A stretch of 53,473 bases of DNA from an uncultured Candidatus Peregrinibacteria bacterium (GTDB lineage: Bacteria > Patescibacteriota > JACMRA01): contig CAKZLR010000051.1 of the NCBI GenBank assembly GCA_937127165.1, positions 1 through 53,473 on the forward strand, in the 5' to 3' direction. The notes under the pieces were generated by a model that was given only the letters and a program-made list of their open reading frames with translations, was not told the DNA's origin and did no database searches. Position numbers and translations under genes: made by a program. Positions within the stretch are counted from its first letter, which is position 1. Every line of letters starts with the position of its first letter. Shown here piece after piece: positions 49,837 through 53,473 of the stretch.

Positions 49837-51135
49837 TTAAGTTTTGGTTTTAGTTTTTGTAGAGATCTGTTTGTTGAGGTCTTTAGATCTGTTTATGATT
49901 GCAGCTTTTGACTTACTACTTTTTTTAGGTTTTAATGTTTGTTCTATTTTTGCAGTTTGAGTTTGTAAGACTAAATACCGGGAAACTGGTTCTGTTGATA
50001 AAATTAAATCTCTGCTGTGTGAACTACTTGATCTTGCTCGCCAGTGTAAATATCCCCAAATAGCCACGATCAAAACTAAGATACTGATAACAATAGGGTA
50101 AAAATAAAAGGACTCTAGCAAATTTATTGACACACTAATTGAAGTGACTAGCAGCAAAGCACACACAAAAGCCACAGAAATTAACGAGTTTTTAACAAAC
50201 AAGGTAAGAATTGGTAGTTGTGCTAAAATACCTTGAATTCGACTAAGTAAAGCGATAAAGATCAACCAAAATACTAGTAAGACAGTAATTCTTGCTAGCC
50301 ATAGAGGTTTATGGTTTTCTGGTGTTTGCGAATTTTTAAAATCGTCAATGGTGCCGGTATATAATTTAAACAAAGGTTGCTTGTCAGCACCCACAAAAGG
50401 TACAACAGTATTGTTTACAACCGAACCTACGACAGTCACAACTTGAGGTAATACAACCTTGTAAGATATTTTCAGATCCCCAATTTGGGGGTTTTCGATA
50501 GAATCCTGATTGAGGTATATATAGTTGTCTCGGACGACTGGCGTTGTTTTGATAGTTTCAGAATTGTTGGAGGTTGTTTGAGAAACAGATTTGTTTTTTA
50601 GATCTACTTTTGAAGAATCTAATGGTAAATTTTGATACGGAGGCAGACCTGCTTTAGATATATCAAACGTGAAACCATTTATACTAACCTGTTCAGCGGT
50701 TATAATCTCATTTAGAATCTTTTTTGGAGGGTTTGTGTAATTATAGTTTTGGAAAGTTGCCGAATTTGGAGGAGAATCAGTCCATTTGGCTGTGTATTTT
50801 ATAATTTCGTCACCGTTTTCTAAGTTTTCAATCTCTTCGTGCCAAGAATACATCTCTACTACTCTATGGATAGAAATGTAATCAGATGATGGTAACAAAA
50901 AATCGTCACCAAGCTTTTGTTGATTCTTTACAACCCCGGTTATGTAATACACTTGGTTGGGATCGAGTTTTTGAGTTTGGTGTAGCGTATCAATTGAAAT
51001 AGCTTGACTTAAGAGATCTGTTCGTAAAAAAGCAAATTCGGCTTGAATTAAAAACCCAATAGACACACCCAAAGCTATCAAAGCAGTCCACAAACCCAAC
51101 CAGGAAGCAGCAACTTTTTGAATAGAAAGAACCAT
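49837..51135 (-). CDS. TMEM43/DUF1625-family membrane protein
   Basis: N-terminal TM, large loop with YYITGVV....LGDDF......YISIHRVVEMYSWHE (family hallmark VEMYQW.E), and three C-terminal TMs followed by a basic tail. Confidence 0.7.
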   Translation of the reverse strand: MVLSIQKVAASWLGLWTALIALGVSIGFLIQAEFAFLRTDLLSQAISIDTLHQTQKLDPNQVYYITGVVKNQQKLGDDFLLPSSDYISIHRVVEMYSWHEEIENLENGDEIIKYTAKWTDSPPNSATFQNYNYTNPPKKILNEIITAEQVSINGFTFDISKAGLPPYQNLPLDSSKVDLKNKSVSQTTSNNSETIKTTPVVRDNYIYLNQDSIENPQIGDLKISYKVVLPQVVTVVGSVVNNTVVPFVGADKQPLFKLYTGTIDDFKNSQTPENHKPLWLARITVLLVFWLIFIALLSRIQGILAQLPILTLFVKNSLISVAFVCALLLVTSISVSINLLESFYFYPIVISILVLIVAIWGYLHWRARSSSSHSRDLILSTEPVSRYLVLQTQTAKIEQTLKPKKSSKSKAAIINRSKDLNKQISTKTKTKT

Positions 51136-51253
51136 CGTCTAAGAGACAAATAAAACAACTTTATAATCTAAGTTAGATTAAAATCGGTTGTAGATTTTGC
51201 TAAATCTGTCAATTAAAAGCAAATTTTTACTGTGAGTACGTAATTTTATGCTT

Positions 51254-52090
51254 TCACAAAGCAATTTGCATCTTACCTAGACTAGGTTGGGGTTTGTATT
51301 GGCTTTTGAGTTGAGTAAAGATTTCTAGCACGAGACTTTCATCTTTTTGAACTGCTCGCTCAAAAGAGTTTTCAGGAAGGTTTAACAACACTGGCTGGTG
51401 TTTATTTTTTCTTTTAGACAACTCGTTAGCTTGAGTAAAATGGTTTTCGTAAATATGGACATTAGATCCTGAATAGTGTAAATATCCCGGCTTAACACCT
51501 AGTTTTTGAGCTAAAATCATCTGTAACAAAGCAAATCCGGCTACATCGTGAGGCAAACCTAGCATAACATCTTGGGAGCGGAACAAAAAATGTAGATGCA
51601 ATTCGCCGCCGACAATGTTAACCGTCCATATAGGTACACAAGGCACATTTTTTTTAGGTGGACTATCCAGACCATCACTGTTAGGATCCCAAGTCACCAC
51701 CACTCCTTGCCGACTCGAAGGATCTTTCTGAAGTAAATTAATTAGGCCAGCGATTTGATCTCTACCAAAAAACGATCGCCAACGATAGCCGTAGGAAGTT
51801 TCTACTGTGTTGGAACCTGTCTCATCCATAAAATCATCCCAGATTCGGCTAAATTTTTGAAAGAAATCCAAATTTTTATCACCTTGCAAATACCAAATAA
51901 TCTCGGCTACGAACAATTTGATAGGAATCTTGCGAAGGGTTAAAAGAGGAAATTCTTCACTTGGTCGAAATGATTGAGCCACTCCGGTTATAGTTTTTGT
52001 GTAGTAACCAGTCCGTCGGTTAAATTCTAAAACACCTTCTGTCATTATTTTTTTGACAATTTGGCGATACCATTGGTCAAATTTAGTCAT
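51254..52090 (-). CDS. Thymidylate synthase (ThyA) family enzyme with Asp at the pyrimidine-specificity position; predicted cytosine-nucleotide C5-(hydroxy)methylase
   Basis: TS motifs NRRTG, FPLLTLRK, AEIIWYLQGD, IWDDF, YGYRWR, DQI..L...L..DPSSRQ, catalytic VPCV, FRSQDVMLGLPHDVAGFALL, HIYENH. The Asn of the canonical GLPFN is Asp (codon GAT at 51545-51547). Start at ATG 52090 (MTKFDQWY); the ORF-track extension to 52225 overlaps the upstream gene. Confidence 0.85.
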   Translation of the reverse strand: MTKFDQWYRQIVKKIMTEGVLEFNRRTGYYTKTITGVAQSFRPSEEFPLLTLRKIPIKLFVAEIIWYLQGDKNLDFFQKFSRIWDDFMDETGSNTVETSYGYRWRSFFGRDQIAGLINLLQKDPSSRQGVVVTWDPNSDGLDSPPKKNVPCVPIWTVNIVGGELHLHFLFRSQDVMLGLPHDVAGFALLQMILAQKLGVKPGYLHYSGSNVHIYENHFTQANELSKRKNKHQPVLLNLPENSFERAVQKDESLVLEIFTQLKSQYKPQPSLGKMQIAL

Positions 52091-52100
52091 AGTGAAGGTT

Positions 52101-52523
52101 TTAGAGTGTAAAAATAACATCTGGTTCCAAATTGGTTTGATTGGTGCCGTTGTAGTAGTTGCCTGCTGGACTGGGGAAAAGATGTAATTGTTGAGCGGAA
52201 CTAAAAATATGTTCAATTTCCTCAAAATTATCAGTTTTTTTAAGCAACTCTACACCTTGTTTGGTGAGTTTGGTTTTCCACACCAAAGGTCCACAAAAAC
52301 CCGCATCAATAATTGCTGAGATAACTTGTTCAATATAGAGACTTTGGTCTTTGCCTTGCCTTAAAACACGACTGCGATTGGCTAGGTTACCGTAGACATT
52401 CTCAAATCTAAACACTAATTTAGTTTGAAAATAAACTAGCCAATTTATTTCGTCAAAATGTAAGAGCCTAATTTTTTCTAGGTCAAAAGTAGGTTTGCTG
52501 GTGATTTTAATAAAAACAGGCAT
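52101..52523 (-). CDS. Hypothetical protein immediately upstream of the ThyA-family gene (likely co-transcribed)
   Basis: 140 aa from ATG 52523 (MPVFIKITSK...). The stop lies 10 nt before the ThyA-family start. No recognisable DHFR, dUTPase or kinase motif. Confidence 0.5.
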   Translation of the reverse strand: MPVFIKITSKPTFDLEKIRLLHFDEINWLVYFQTKLVFRFENVYGNLANRSRVLRQGKDQSLYIEQVISAIIDAGFCGPLVWKTKLTKQGVELLKKTDNFEEIEHIFSSAQQLHLFPSPAGNYYNGTNQTNLEPDVIFTL

Positions 52524-52789
52524 CTTTTGCCCAAAAAGTTTTAAGACAAAAAGCAAACTTAGTCAAACCCAATTTTTTGTCAAAATCTAGCTTGTATAGA
52601 ATCAGTTTGACGTGTAATTTGTAAATATCGATAAATAATCGATCTTTCAAATTTCTGAATTTATTTGTTAGCATTAATTACTCAGATTACATCTATCGGT
52701 AGATACGAAGTAACACCTGTATATCACCTTATTTTAAAGTCTAGAAATAAAGTGTAAACACTAAAATTGTGATTGAAAAATAAAACTCA

Positions 52790-53473
52790 TTAGAATAATG
52801 GAACCCAGTGTATAGTTGCGTGAATTCCTCGATGTCCAGGACTAGGATCAGAATATACAGGATTATGGCGAATCACAACCCTATATGGAGTACCCTGTCG
52901 TACAGGTAATGTCATTTGAGCATGTCTGTTTATCAGATAATGGCAAGAAATCGCATTCATCAGAATAGCACTACCACTAGGATTATGACCAGAAAAGAAA
53001 TAAAATTCAGCATCACCTTTTGAATCACCATATACATGAGGAGCTTCTATCCGAACAACCACGAACCCATCGGTTGATGGTATGCTAGCACTGTTTGTAG
53101 CATTGTATATGTCTAGAGTATCCCCCGGTTGCGGGTTATTAGTTCTATCATATGTTGCTAAAAGCTGCCAATTTCCTATTCTACCTGATGATTGATTAGC
53201 TGCGGTGTTAGTAATTATATATGTACCATTATTATTAGTTATAGAAATGCCATTACCGGCACTAATACCATTTCTTGTTATTGAAGTAACATGACCGTTG
53301 TCAACACTTAGGCCAGTAACAACTGGTATAGTTCCTGGTGTAGTAGAGCTGGATGTACTTATAGTTGCATGGGTAATTGTAACATCACCCGAGCCTATTA
53401 ACCTGTTATTTGCATTTCCACTTAAATTGATCTGATTACCAGCTACTAAGCTGCCTCTCTGTAAGATTCTATC
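52790..53473 (-). CDS. Fibre/adhesin-like protein, C-terminal part (5' end outside the window)
   Basis: My hand translation shows the frame stays open from the window edge: DRILQRGSLVAGNQINLSGNANNRLIGSGDVTITHATISTSSSTTPGTIPVVTGLSVDNGHVTSITRNGISAGNGISITNNNGTYIITNTAANQ...GFVVVRIEAPHVYG...HWVPLF*. The Gly/Asn/Thr/Ser-rich beta-strand repeats resemble tail-fibre or adhesin shafts, followed by a globular C-terminal domain. The ORF track lists only the part from GTG 53062. Confidence 0.6.
   Translation of the reverse strand, partial: DRILQRGSLVAGNQINLSGNANNRLIGSGDVTITHATISTSSSTTPGTIPVVTGLSVDNGHVTSITRNGISAGNGISITNNNGTYIITNTAANQSSGRIGNWQLLATYDRTNNPQPGDTLDIYNATNSASIPSTDGFVVVRIEAPHVYGDSKGDAEFYFFSGHNPSGSAILMNAISCHYLINRHAQMTLPVRQGTPYRVVIRHNPVYSDPSPGHRGIHATIHWVPLF

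Noticed and set aside
52091-52225. 45-aa N-terminal extension of the ThyA-family ORF (MRKLNIFLVPLNN...)
   Set aside because: The extension overlaps the 3' end of the upstream ORF. TS homology starts at MTKFDQWY (ATG 52090), so it is most likely not translated.
52790-53473. Apparent GC-content rise in the fibre-like gene as evidence of horizontal transfer
   Set aside because: Sampled 60-nt lines are about 40-43% GC, but conserved core genes such as recA show similar values. The composition argument does not stand on its own.
1-53473. Alternative genetic code (UGA or UAG reassignment, as in some reduced-genome lineages)
   Set aside because: Conserved genes (recA, ruvB, tgt, metG, gdhA and others) give full-length uninterrupted ORFs with the standard code and end at ordinary stops.
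1-53473. tRNA, rRNA, tmRNA, RNase P or SRP RNA genes in the ORF-free gaps
   Set aside because: I scanned the gaps for T-loop (GGTTCGAAT-like), RNase P (GAGGAAAGTCC-like) and SRP (GGAAGGAAGCAGCC-like) hallmarks and found none. A covariance-model search is still needed to exclude divergent RNAs.

Overview
AT-rich (about 27-43% GC in 60-nt lines sampled by eye) bacterial chromosomal window read with the standard code. I support about 45 protein genes, one clear pseudogene, and no tRNA, rRNA or CRISPR array. Most genes are housekeeping: rplS 3' end, rpsU, ftsA, gatD-like, lysS, recA, transaldolase, tgt, ruvB, gdhA, uppP, gltX, rpsO, metG, pepP and frr. Divergent enzymes with extra domains, small pilin-like membrane proteins and a TSP3-repeat sortase-like protein suggest a reduced-genome, Patescibacteria/CPR-like organism; this is inference only.

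Observations worth a second look:
1. A ThyA-family enzyme has Asp at the uracil/cytosine specificity position (GLPHD, not GLPFN). This predicts a cytosine-C5 (hydroxy)methylase. It lies next to an unknown small gene and a fibre-like gene.
2. A LysW-like mini-protein ending in EEDWGQ sits directly upstream of a LysX/RimK-type ATP-grasp ligase. No other aminoadipate-pathway genes are in the window, and the ligase abuts rpsF.
3. GluRS carries an inserted Nudix-like domain.
4. LysRS carries a C-terminal DUF2000/PTH2-like domain.
5. Ribosomal proteins S6 and S18 are fused in one ORF.
6. DNA repair genes look eroded or split. There is a frameshifted photolyase pseudogene, a UvrC that has only the 5'-incision half, and a LigA lacking the adenylation lysine region and BRCT.
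7. Several roughly 1-kb tracts lack ORFs.

All functional calls come from motif recognition by eye and need HMM or BLAST confirmation.
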